A DNA stretch of 64,000 bases from an uncultured Lachnospiraceae bacterium (GTDB lineage: Bacteria > Bacillota > Clostridia > Lachnospirales > Lachnospiraceae): NCBI GenBank assembly GCA_947626505.1, contig CANQSN010000004.1, forward strand, positions 3,980 to 67,979, given 5' to 3'. Shown one piece after another: positions 39,663 through 48,871 of this stretch. The translations under genes and the position numbers were made by a program. Under the pieces are notes generated by a model that saw nothing but the letters and a program-made list of their open reading frames with translations, was not told the DNA's origin and did not search any database. Numbering within the stretch: the stretch's first letter is position 1; each line of letters begins with the position of its first letter.

Positions 39663-40928
39663 GTGCCTCTTTCCAATCCCTATCGTTATGCTGGTTATTA
39701 TCAGGATTCCGAAAGCGGACTGTATTATCTGCAGAGCCGGTACTACAATCCTAGAACTGCAAGATTCCTGACTGAGGATACAGCATCTGGTAAGTATACT
39801 GATCCGCTGAGCCTGAATAAGTATACTTATTGCCATAACCAGCCGGTAACAGGTTATGATCCGGACGGGCATTTTCTTCATATCGCAGTTGGAGCTGCCA
39901 TTGGAGCTGTTGTTGGTGGTGCTATTTCTGCATACTCTCAGTATAAGAGTACTGGAAAAGTTAGCTTTAAGAAGACGATAGGAGCTGCTGCAGAAGGAGC
40001 GGTTGTAGGCGGAGTTGGTGCAGCAACTGCAGGTGCAAGCCTAGGAGTTACAGTGGCCGCTGGAGCTGCAGCAGGTGCGGCTGGCAATACAGCTAATCAA
40101 TTAATATCTACTGGAAAGGTAGATAAGAAACAAGTAGCAGTTTCTGCAATAGGAGGCGTGGCAGGAAGTGCTGGTGCAAAGCTTGCTGGTGCAGCGGTTA
40201 ATGCCGGAAGTAAAGCAGCATCTCAGGCTATTAGTAAAGCAGCTGGGAATGCAGGGAAGCAGGCAGCCGCAAAAGCAGGAAGTAGCATATTAGGAAAAAC
40301 CATTGCAGCATCGGCCAAAGGTGGTATTGTTGGTGCTTCAGCAGGTGCATCTGCTGATTTGGCAATGCAGATTGCTAAAGATAAAAAGCACGACATAAGA
40401 AATGTAAACTGGAAAGAAGTCGGTGGAAGTGCACTGCTTGGCGGTGGAATCGGTGCTGGAGTCGGAGCAGCTTCCCAGACAGAGTTTGGTCAAAAGGTCA
40501 GTGCTTCCCAAGCAAAATGGGATAAAAAACTTAATGCTGGCATTAATAAGCTGTTTGGTGGGGCAAAGAGTAAATCTCGTGGGACGGATTTTTATGTTAC
40601 AAAAGATGGTACTGTTATTCCGGCCAATAAAGTTAAACATAATAGTCTGTATGATAGACTTGAAGTAGAAATTAAGTCTGGTAAAGCTGTCCGGCCTAAA
40701 AATGCAGTTAATGATTGGGATGAATTTTTAGGTCCAGATCAGACAGATATTGATCCTTTTACAGGTGAGAAGTCTATGGATAGAATATGGTCTGGAGATG
40801 GAAAAAGGAGTATCAGATTTGGAGAACATGAAATGAATGGAATGGGTACAAAAAATTTCCATTATCACAGAGAAACTTGGCACGATGATTATGTAGTAAA
40901 TGAGTTGCAAAGGATACAAAAACAATGA
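39663..40928 (+). CDS. Orphan Rhs cassette 1: core end, linker and alternative toxin tip
   Basis: 39675-40549 closely matches 36507-37390, then diverges to ...DGKRSIRFGEHEM...FHYHRE. Confidence 0.85.
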   Translation: MPLSNPYRYAGYYQDSESGLYYLQSRYYNPRTARFLTEDTASGKYTDPLSLNKYTYCHNQPVTGYDPDGHFLHIAVGAAIGAVVGGAISAYSQYKSTGKVSFKKTIGAAAEGAVVGGVGAATAGASLGVTVAAGAAAGAAGNTANQLISTGKVDKKQVAVSAIGGVAGSAGAKLAGAAVNAGSKAASQAISKAAGNAGKQAAAKAGSSILGKTIAASAKGGIVGASAGASADLAMQIAKDKKHDIRNVNWKEVGGSALLGGGIGAGVGAASQTEFGQKVSASQAKWDKKLNAGINKLFGGAKSKSRGTDFYVTKDGTVIPANKVKHNSLYDRLEVEIKSGKAVRPKNAVNDWDEFLGPDQTDIDPFTGEKSMDRIWSGDGKRSIRFGEHEMNGMGTKNFHYHRETWHDDYVVNELQRIQKQ

Positions 40929-41320
40929 TGATAATTATTAATGCAGTGGAACAAGAAAAAGATACAGTAATTGTAAATGCAAATACAGAAGTTGGAGAAA
41001 TAAAAGGTATATGGAAAAATAAAGTGCTTCCAATTGTAGGTGAAAAATATTTTGTTGAATTGACTATAAATGATTTTAATCAAAAAATAACATGTTTATC
41101 TAATGATGATATTCTAACTAATGTAATATTGAAAACTAATGAAATGTTTTTTACTGGATATTGTGAGGATATGGATGAAGAAGTATATTATATAAGGTTT
41201 AATCCAGATTGGCTTGAAATGATTGAGATTTCAGAAAATGGAGTAGAAATTAAAATAGGAAATTATGTAATGTTTTCAGCATATTACAATGATGTGTTAA
41301 TTTATCCATATTCAAATTAA
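40925..41320 (+). CDS. Probable immunity protein for cassette 1
   Basis: ATGA overlap with the toxin stop; small, acidic, AT-rich. Confidence 0.65.
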   Translation: MMIIINAVEQEKDTVIVNANTEVGEIKGIWKNKVLPIVGEKYFVELTINDFNQKITCLSNDDILTNVILKTNEMFFTGYCEDMDEEVYYIRFNPDWLEMIEISENGVEIKIGNYVMFSAYYNDVLIYPYSN

Positions 41321-41384
41321 GCTCGAAAGATTAAAAAAGGAGAAGTAACTTTTATACAAAATACAATTACTGAAGTAAACGAAT

Positions 41385-41576
41385 CTATACCTATGACAAA
41401 GCCGGCAATGTCATTATCAAGGAAGATGCTAAGGGAAATCAGACTAGGTATTCCTATAATGATCTTGACCGGAATACCGTCATAACTGATGCAAACGGAA
41501 ATAAAGAGGTAATGGAATACGATGCGGTTGGTAATAACACAGCAAAGCAGGATCGTAACGGAAATATTACCAGATA
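41385..41576 (+). repeat. 192-bp diverged copy of Rhs YD region 34676-34867
   Basis: Colinear match ctatacctatga...aaatat(t/c)accagata. Confidence 0.85.
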
Positions 41577-41685
41577 AAAGATGCGATCTCTTTATGAACT
41601 ATCTAACGAATGCTTAAATAATGTAATCCTTATAATTGAATAATGAAGCGGCAGCCGTTCAGAAAGCATAAGTGACCATAAAAAG

Positions 41686-41723
41686 AGCACCAGTGTTTCA
41701 CAGTGATGTGGGATACTGGTGCT
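41686..41723. terminator. Long hairpin, terminator-like
   Basis: agcaccagtgtttcaca-gtga-tgtgggatactggtgct. Confidence 0.6.
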
Positions 41724-41888
41724 TTGCTGTTTTTGCAGTATGCATTATGTAGAATTGATTCCGAGAGAGCAAAAAGATTGTAGCAGGGCTTGGGTAAATA
41801 TGATATAATATTCTCAGTCAGATTAGAACAATGTAGGGATAGTCTGGTGGTTGCCTTTCCGGAAACGGAAAGGAAGGTACATAGAAAT

Positions 41889-42344
41889 TGGGATAAAAAA
41901 CTTAACGCTGGCATTGATAAATTTAAGAATGGTTTTAAGTCTTATGGTCAGAAGGTATTTGCAAAGAGCGGTACAGGTATAAGATATAGAAAAGGGCAAC
42001 CAGTTGTAGCAACTGAAAAAACTTTGGAGATGGCTTTAGATCCTGAAACATATGCCTATGCGATTGCTAAAAAATATGGAATTAACTTGAAGGGTTCTGG
42101 TCAAAAAATAACTATCAGATATGATCCGAGTATAAACCGAGGATCATATGGAAAAACGGTCGATGAAGAGCCAAATGTTATAAGGTTAGGGAATGATGCT
42201 TTTATGAGTGAAAATGAGTTGGCAAATACAATTGCTCATGAATTAAACCATGCGCGTGATTTTATAAGAGGTGGGACAGCACCAGAAGATCCAGCATATG
42301 ATGCAGGTGATGCATTATCTGAATATATCAAAGGAAAGAGATAA
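41889..42344 (+). pseudogene. Orphan Rhs cassette 2: HEXXH metallopeptidase-like toxin tip
   Basis: Starts at WDKKLNAGIDK, shared with the main toxin; contains LANTIAHELNH. Confidence 0.75.
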
Positions 42345-42701
42345 ATGAGGAACGGTGATGAAAAAATGTGGCACGGTGATGAAAAAATATGGGATATTTT
42401 AGATGCTATTGATGGAAAGGATAAAAAAAGTTTGCCTCTAAGTTGTCCTATTTGTGGCAAAGATGAAGGGCATGTATATTTTCACAGATTTAAAATTGGT
42501 TATGACAAGGGAGGCGTGTGGATATGGTGCAGTGCATGTCACCACTGTTTACATGCTACGATTAAAGTACCGAAGTGGTGGAAAAATTCAGAAAAAATTA
42601 AATTTGAAAAATTAGCAAGTCTTCCTGATTATTTAGAAGAAAATAAAATTTATATTGATGAGTGGGTCAACAGATTAATGTTTCCTGATTTAGAAAATTA
42701 G
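42345..42701 (+). CDS. Cys/His-rich probable immunity protein for cassette 2
   Basis: Abuts the toxin stop; CPICG and WCSACHHC motifs. Confidence 0.65.
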   Translation: MRNGDEKMWHGDEKIWDILDAIDGKDKKSLPLSCPICGKDEGHVYFHRFKIGYDKGGVWIWCSACHHCLHATIKVPKWWKNSEKIKFEKLASLPDYLEENKIYIDEWVNRLMFPDLEN

Positions 42702-42947
42702 AAATAATAACAATTAAAATTATTTAATAGAAATAGTGGAAAGAAAGGCATATACAACAACCATGCTGATGACTATGATGGTTGATGAGATAATATCTTA
42801 TGAAGATTCTATCAAAAATAGAATGACGAAATTGCCATTAGGACAAGACCCTGAACATAAGTAATGGATTAATAATTAGTTGGATTTATTGATTCGATGT
42901 AATGGACTTTTTAGGCATATTAGTAATAACTAGATGGAGATAAAGAT

Positions 42948-43450
42948 ATGGGAATGGATAATTTTAATATTACATTGTTATATGATAATGTTACTATAGT
43001 TAGAGAAAGGGAATTTTGGAAATTAGGGGGAGTTAGTAATTATATGGTTAGAGAAGTTCATGATTATTTGATAATGATGTGTGATACGAAAAAAATGGTC
43101 AACATATATATGATGATTGCATTGACGTTAGGATACGTGAAAGCTGTGGGTGGTTTCAGGGGTTTGAATTAGTTGGCTGTTTATCGTTTTTAAAAGGAGG
43201 AGTGGAAGATTGTTGGGATTTTTATGAAGTATGGAATAGAAGAGTACCTCTAAAAATATATGTATTGAACCAAGAGATAGAGGTAAAAAATTCAGAAGAA
43301 TTGTATGAGGTTGTAAGTGAAAAATATAAAGAGAAAATAGAAATATTTAAAAAGAGTTATGGTGATATAGAAGTGAAAGCAACCGGTTCAGAGTTTCGAA
43401 AAATAATAAACAAACAAAACAATTGGTTATATAGGCTTCTACACCATTGA
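42948..43450 (+). pseudogene. Frameshifted putative immunity gene (167 aa if restored)
   Basis: Adding one A to the A7 run at 43089-43095 joins ORFs 42948-43172 and 43202-43450 with no stop. Confidence 0.65.
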
Positions 43451-43661
43451 TTTAAAAGAAGTTTTAATAGAAAAAAACTCTAATGATTATTATTGGGGAT
43501 GTGGTAGGGGAAAAATTTATCCTTCCTTTTGCTTTTTAATTGCTTGTAAAAAAAGCCCTGAAATGGTAAAATAAAGATAGTGTGGCGTTTTGCCGAAAAT
43601 GCTGTTTTAGGCATTGTTTAAGTTATAGTGATTATAAAAGATAAAAAGGAGAGATGTTAAG

Positions 43662-45002
43662 ATGGCACAGATTTCATTCACTTACAAAAATTCAGGGGTT
43701 GCAGAGCATGAAGTGGAATACATGAAGAAGCTTGTATGTGATGCGAAAGAGCAGTTGGTAGCTAAGACGGGGGCGGGGAATGATTTCCTTGGATGGATTG
43801 ACCTTCCTGTAAATTATGATAAGGAGGAGTTTAGCAGGATTAAGGAGGCGGCTAAGAAGATTCAGGAAGATTCAGATGTACTTCTAGTAATCGGCATTGG
43901 CGGCTCATATCTTGGGGCAAGAGCTGTGATTGAGGCTTGCCGGCATAGTTTTTACAATAATCAGCCGAATCGCAAAACTCCGGAGATTTATTACTGTGGC
44001 AACAATATAAGTTCTACATATTTGCAGCATTTGATTGAGGTTGTAGGAGACAGGGATTTTTCCATTAATATGATTAGCAAGTCCGGTACGACAACAGAGC
44101 CGGCAATTGCATTCCGAGTATTTCGTAAGATTTTGATTGATAAGTATGGATTGGAAGAAGCTAATAAACGTATATATGCAACTACAGATAAGGCTAAGGG
44201 AGCTTTGAAGAATCTTGCGGATGAGCAGGGGTATGATTCCTATGTTGTTCCTGATGATGTGGGCGGCCGCTTTTCTGTGCTTACTGCGGTTGGACTGCTT
44301 CCTATTGCAGTATCCGGCGCCGATATAGATAAATTAATGGAGGGCGCTGCTTCTGCAAGAAAGAGATGCCTTGATAATGATTTTGAAAGCAATGATTCTT
44401 TACAGTATGCAGCGGTTCGTAATATTCTGCTTCGCAAGGGTAAGAGTGTTGAGATTCTTTGTAATTATGAGCCGGCATTGCATTATGTGTCTGAGTGGTG
44501 GAAACAGCTTTATGGCGAGTCTGAGGGCAAGGATGGAAAAGGTTTGTACCCGTCAAGCGCAGATTTTACTACAGATTTACATTCTCTTGGACAGTTTATT
44601 CAGGAGGGTTCTAAGAATCATTTTGAAACAGTTGTCAATGTAGAGTCCCCTAAGTGTGAGATTACTATGGGAACTGAGGATGTGGATACAGACGGACTTA
44701 ATTATCTGTCCGGTAAGAGTGTGGACTTTATTAACAAGTGCGCTATGAATGGCGTTGTTTTAGCTCATGTGGACGGTGGCGTTCCTAATCTTATGGTAAA
44801 TGTGCCTGAGATTAATGAATTCTATCTCGGAGAGCTTATTTATTTCTTTGAGTTTGCATGCGGCGTGTCCGGTTATACTTTGGGTGTTAATCCATTTAAC
44901 CAGCCGGGAGTCGAGTCTTACAAGCGCAATATGTTCGCGCTGCTTGGGCGTCCGGGTTACGAGGAGGAGACAAAGAAGCTTCAGGCTCGTTTGGCAGAAT
45001 AA
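43662..45002 (+). CDS. pgi: Glucose-6-phosphate isomerase
   Basis: [41 protein letters not shown]. Confidence 0.97.
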   Translation: MAQISFTYKNSGVAEHEVEYMKKLVCDAKEQLVAKTGAGNDFLGWIDLPVNYDKEEFSRIKEAAKKIQEDSDVLLVIGIGGSYLGARAVIEACRHSFYNNQPNRKTPEIYYCGNNISSTYLQHLIEVVGDRDFSINMISKSGTTTEPAIAFRVFRKILIDKYGLEEANKRIYATTDKAKGALKNLADEQGYDSYVVPDDVGGRFSVLTAVGLLPIAVSGADIDKLMEGAASARKRCLDNDFESNDSLQYAAVRNILLRKGKSVEILCNYEPALHYVSEWWKQLYGESEGKDGKGLYPSSADFTTDLHSLGQFIQEGSKNHFETVVNVESPKCEITMGTEDVDTDGLNYLSGKSVDFINKCAMNGVVLAHVDGGVPNLMVNVPEINEFYLGELIYFFEFACGVSGYTLGVNPFNQPGVESYKRNMFALLGRPGYEEETKKLQARLAE

Positions 45003-45023
45003 TCACTGTATTTTAAGGATAAA

Positions 45024-45053
45024 ACAAATGGACATGCTTGCATGTCCATTTGT
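45024..45053 (+). terminator. Hairpin after pgi
   Basis: acaaatggacatgc-tt-gcatgtccatttgt. Confidence 0.7.
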
Positions 45054-45341
45054 CAGTTATAGAATAATATTTAATTTACCTCTTTTAGACTATCTCTTAT
45101 TATCCCAAGCATAAATTCCACGAATACAGCGCTGTCCGACTGTTTGTCGGCTCTAAGAGCGTCCTATCGTTAAATATCAGCGTATCTTAATGGAAAGTTC
45201 AATAAAATATTTGTTGACAAAAAGTTATTCCCAACCGCAAGAGAGGAGCGGATATATTTTGTGGAAAAATATGGTCAATATTTTATAAATATGGTACAAT
45301 GGTAATTAATAATGTAAATTGTTGAGAGGTTATTGATAAAT

Positions 45342-46298
45342 ATGAAGATTGTTGTATTGGAAGCAGATTCTATAGGGCAGGATGTAAGCTGGGAACCGCT
45401 TAAGCAATATGGTGAAGTTAAGCTTTATTATGCAACTCCCAATGATAAGGTTGCAGAGCGTATTAAAGATGCGGATATAGTAATTCCAAACAAATGTATT
45501 CTTAATAGACAAAGCCTTGAGGGCGCTGCAAATTTAAAGATTATTTGCGAGGCCGCCACCGGCTATAACAATATTGATATTGAATATTGCAAAGAGAGGA
45601 ATATACCTGTTACTAATGTAAAGGCGTATTCTACAGACAGTGTGGCGCAGCATACATTTGCCATGCTTTTGTCCCTGCTTGAAAAACTTGATTATTATAC
45701 TACGTATGTAGAGGATGGCGATTATTCTGCAGGTGCAGCATTTTCCCATATGGGAAGACAGTTTCATGAGCTTAACGGTAAATGCATGGGAATTGTGGGA
45801 CTTGGTAATATCGGGCGCAGGGTAGCGGAGCTTGCTAAGGCGTTTGGTATGGAGGTTATATATTTTTCCGCCAGCGGCAATACCTATAACGTACCATACA
45901 AAAAAGTGATTTGGGAAGAACTTTTGGAATGCGCTGATGTGATTTCAATTCATGCTCCGTTAAATGATAAGACAGAGGGGATTTTTAACAGCGAGGCATT
46001 TAGTAAGATGAAGCGTACAGCTATTTTGCTAAATCTTGGAAGGGGGCCCATTGTGGCGGAGAAAGACTTGGTAAGAGCCATTGAGGATTGCGAGATTGCA
46101 GCGGCAGGCTTAGATGTGTATGAGGAGGAGCCTTTGGCAGCGGACAGTATGCTTTTAAGCGTTAGAAACCGCGACAGATTAATGCTTACGCCTCATATGG
46201 CATGGGGCAGCGTGGAAGCGCGTACCCGTTTGGTTGAGGATTTGTGCCTGTCAATAGAAGGCTTTATGAATGGACAGCTTCGCAGTACAGTATATTAG
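45342..46298 (+). CDS. D-2-hydroxyacid dehydrogenase
   Basis: ATGYNNID, GIVGLGNIG, N.GRG, DV...EP, TPHMAW. Confidence 0.9.
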   Translation: MKIVVLEADSIGQDVSWEPLKQYGEVKLYYATPNDKVAERIKDADIVIPNKCILNRQSLEGAANLKIICEAATGYNNIDIEYCKERNIPVTNVKAYSTDSVAQHTFAMLLSLLEKLDYYTTYVEDGDYSAGAAFSHMGRQFHELNGKCMGIVGLGNIGRRVAELAKAFGMEVIYFSASGNTYNVPYKKVIWEELLECADVISIHAPLNDKTEGIFNSEAFSKMKRTAILLNLGRGPIVAEKDLVRAIEDCEIAAAGLDVYEEEPLAADSMLLSVRNRDRLMLTPHMAWGSVEARTRLVEDLCLSIEGFMNGQLRSTVY

Positions 46299-46344
46299 AT
46301 GGGAGTAACAGATTTTTATTGAGATAGGGAAGGAGGAGACATAT

Positions 46345-48804
46345 ATGCCATTTTTGTATCTTAGGCTTGACGTGCTGTTTTGTTATGTATTTTTGCTGGC
46401 AGCATTTTTATTAGTGCGTAAGGATGGCAGAATTAGAGCTATACGCGTTATGTTGATAAGTTTCCTTCTTTGGTCCATAGGGGAGATAGGTGTATGGTAT
46501 GAGTGGCTGTTTAATGCGGCAATATGGTACAATCTGGCTATTTTAGGCATTTCGCTTATGCCTATTGCTCTTTGCCAGTTTCTTTTCATGGTGGCGGATG
46601 TTCCGAGGAACAAGTATATTATGGTATCAACGCTGATTACCGTAATGGCTGTAGTAACTAATATTTTATTTGGCTGGATGCTGAAGGTGCCGGAACGGGT
46701 TATACGGGAAGATGGAGCGTTAGCGCTTAATTATGAGCTTCATTTTGGATTTTTTGTTTGGGCTGTATTTGAAACTATGGTATTTGTCTATATGATTGTG
46801 TGGAGTTTCAGATGCGAAAGCAAAAGGCGCGATAATATAAGGCAGTGTTATCCTTTTATTGCAGGCGCGGTTATAGTATTTATGGGAATGATTTATTCCA
46901 TGCTGAGCGACCATCGTTTTCCGTATGTGGCAGTGCTTGGATTTATGTATATGCTTTATATGATGTACATGGTAAATAAATACCGTTATGTCAATGTTAC
47001 AAGAACGATTTTGTATACTATGGTGTATGGGCTGGTACTGGTTAATATTTTTGTTATGGTTGCCGACATGGGAAATATCTGCCAATGGTTCATTGAAAGG
47101 GGATTTTCTATTAGTCGGGCGGCGCCGATAATAAGCGTTATAGTGGTTGTATTTGTTTTAACTTTACAGATGATTGCAAGCCTTGTTATCCGGCATGTGG
47201 TTACGGATTGGACGGAGCATAAGAAGCAGGGAATTGAAGATTTTCAGAATATGGTTTCCACCACCTTGAAGGAGGAGGAAATATATGATTATGTTATCGC
47301 CACCATTAAAAAAGTATTTTCTGTTTCTGCTGCAAGGATTCGTATTCGCAAGCCGGAGCAGGAGAATTATAAGATAGTAAGAGATGAGATTTTTGTTGAC
47401 TTTAAAGAGGAGTATACTGAGGAGGACGAGAGTACCGATTCACTAAGTAATATAGAGCCGATAAAGCGGTCTTTTGAGGACGCCATTACTAAGACGTGGG
47501 ACAGTGAAAATGCTGTTCATATAGGCGAGATTGCATATGATAAGGAGACGTGGGGATTTATAGATTTGTGTACAAAAAAAGGAGTTATATTTCAAACGGA
47601 CGACATGGATTGCTTTAAGCAGCTATGTTCTTACACTGCAAATGCATTAAAGAATGCAAGGGTATATGAGAAAACATATGAGGATTCGATTACAGACGAT
47701 TTGACCGGTCTTTACAGCCGGAAATATGCGATACAGACCATTGTGGAGGAATTTCCAAAGGATGGACAGGCTTCTTTAGTGTACATGGATTTAGATGACT
47801 TAAAATTATACAACGAGCTTTATGGTACCTATGAGGGAGATAAGCTGATTCAGTGGTTTGCAGGAATTTTAAAGAGTATGTGCAGTAAGGGCAGAGCATA
47901 CCGATATGGCTTCAATGAGTTTTTACTGCATTTTCCAGATACTTCTGTGGATGAGGCGTTTGACATTGCAGATGCTATAAGAAAATGCGTTGAAAAAGTA
48001 AGCAGAGATAAAAACAGTCCGGTTCATGCGGTTACGGTATCGGGAGGCGTGGCGGAGTATCCGGATATTGCAAGAAAATGCGAAAAGCTGATTGGTTATG
48101 CTCAGCGGGGCGCTTTTTATGGTAAGAAGAATGGAAAAAATTCCGTTACTGTTTATTCAAGGCATTTGGAAGAAAATGAAGGTAAAGGAAAGTCTTATGA
48201 GCAGGTTGCGCCTACAGTGTACGCATTGACAGCGGCGATAGACGCAAAGGACAGTTATACATTTGTCCATTCCCAGAAGGTGGCGGAGTATGCGGCTATT
48301 TTGGGAGAGGAGGCCGGACTTCATCAGGAGGAAATCGCAACGCTGAGGCAGGCTGGACTTCTTCATGATATTGGCAAAATCGGAATTCCGGAATCAATTC
48401 TTAAAAAAAGAGGAAGACTTACAGATGAAGAATATGAGATTATGAAAACACATGTTGTCAATTCTGTTAAGATGATTCATTATCTGCCGGATATGGAGTA
48501 TGTTATTCCGGCGGTGGTTGCGCACCATGAACGATATGACGGAAAGGGATATCCGGAGCGTCTTAAAGGAGATAATATTCCATTTATGGGAAGGATTTTA
48601 AGTATTGCAGATTGTTTTGACGCCATGACTGCCCGAAGACCTTATAAGCCTCCTCTTAGTATAGAATATGCAACAAGCGAGATTGAGAGAAATGCCGGAA
48701 CCCAGTTTGACCCTAAGCTATCCCAGATTTTTGTAAAGTTAATCAGAGAGGGCAGGGTTGTAGTTGGTTCTCCTAATGAAGAGGAAGGAAACGCTGCAGG
48801 ATAA
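46345..48804 (+). CDS. Membrane sensor + GAF-like + degenerate GGDEF + HD-GYP phosphodiesterase
   Basis: Many N-terminal TMs; DDLTGL with RYGFNEF; LHDIGK, HHERYDGKGYP, AD.FDAM. Confidence 0.88.
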   Translation: MPFLYLRLDVLFCYVFLLAAFLLVRKDGRIRAIRVMLISFLLWSIGEIGVWYEWLFNAAIWYNLAILGISLMPIALCQFLFMVADVPRNKYIMVSTLITVMAVVTNILFGWMLKVPERVIREDGALALNYELHFGFFVWAVFETMVFVYMIVWSFRCESKRRDNIRQCYPFIAGAVIVFMGMIYSMLSDHRFPYVAVLGFMYMLYMMYMVNKYRYVNVTRTILYTMVYGLVLVNIFVMVADMGNICQWFIERGFSISRAAPIISVIVVVFVLTLQMIASLVIRHVVTDWTEHKKQGIEDFQNMVSTTLKEEEIYDYVIATIKKVFSVSAARIRIRKPEQENYKIVRDEIFVDFKEEYTEEDESTDSLSNIEPIKRSFEDAITKTWDSENAVHIGEIAYDKETWGFIDLCTKKGVIFQTDDMDCFKQLCSYTANALKNARVYEKTYEDSITDDLTGLYSRKYAIQTIVEEFPKDGQASLVYMDLDDLKLYNELYGTYEGDKLIQWFAGILKSMCSKGRAYRYGFNEFLLHFPDTSVDEAFDIADAIRKCVEKVSRDKNSPVHAVTVSGGVAEYPDIARKCEKLIGYAQRGAFYGKKNGKNSVTVYSRHLEENEGKGKSYEQVAPTVYALTAAIDAKDSYTFVHSQKVAEYAAILGEEAGLHQEEIATLRQAGLLHDIGKIGIPESILKKRGRLTDEEYEIMKTHVVNSVKMIHYLPDMEYVIPAVVAHHERYDGKGYPERLKGDNIPFMGRILSIADCFDAMTARRPYKPPLSIEYATSEIERNAGTQFDPKLSQIFVKLIREGRVVVGSPNEEEGNAAG

Positions 48805-48871
48805 TGAGTGTGGAAGGATAAATAACCGACACATTGTAGTATGTGATAACTTTAACAGGAGGAATAATATT

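Larger units (their letters stand above)
26430..43500. mobile_element. Accessory genomic island (TCS + Rhs polymorphic toxin locus); no mobility genes seen
   Basis: Visibly AT-richer TCS and immunity genes, sortase remnant at the left edge, pseudogene debris, flanked by pdaA and pgi; boundaries approximate. Confidence 0.6.

Noticed and set aside
41385-41576. Diverged duplicate as a DGR template/variable repeat pair
   Set aside because: Differences are not adenine-specific (many C/T changes) and no reverse transcriptase is present.
41790-41888. N-terminal part of ORF 41790-42344
   Set aside because: It spans a promoter and hairpin leader; Rhs homology begins only at 41889.
26430-43500. Intact ICE or prophage with att sites; T6SS/T7SS delivery
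   Set aside because: No integrase, relaxase, transposase or flanking direct repeat found; no PAAR, VgrG, WXG or LXG motifs; the Rhs has a Sec-type signal peptide.
45120-45190. Small hairpins (ccgac-tgttt-gtcgg, gctctaagagc) after pgi as an ncRNA
   Set aside because: Short stems, single copy in the window, no recognisable family.
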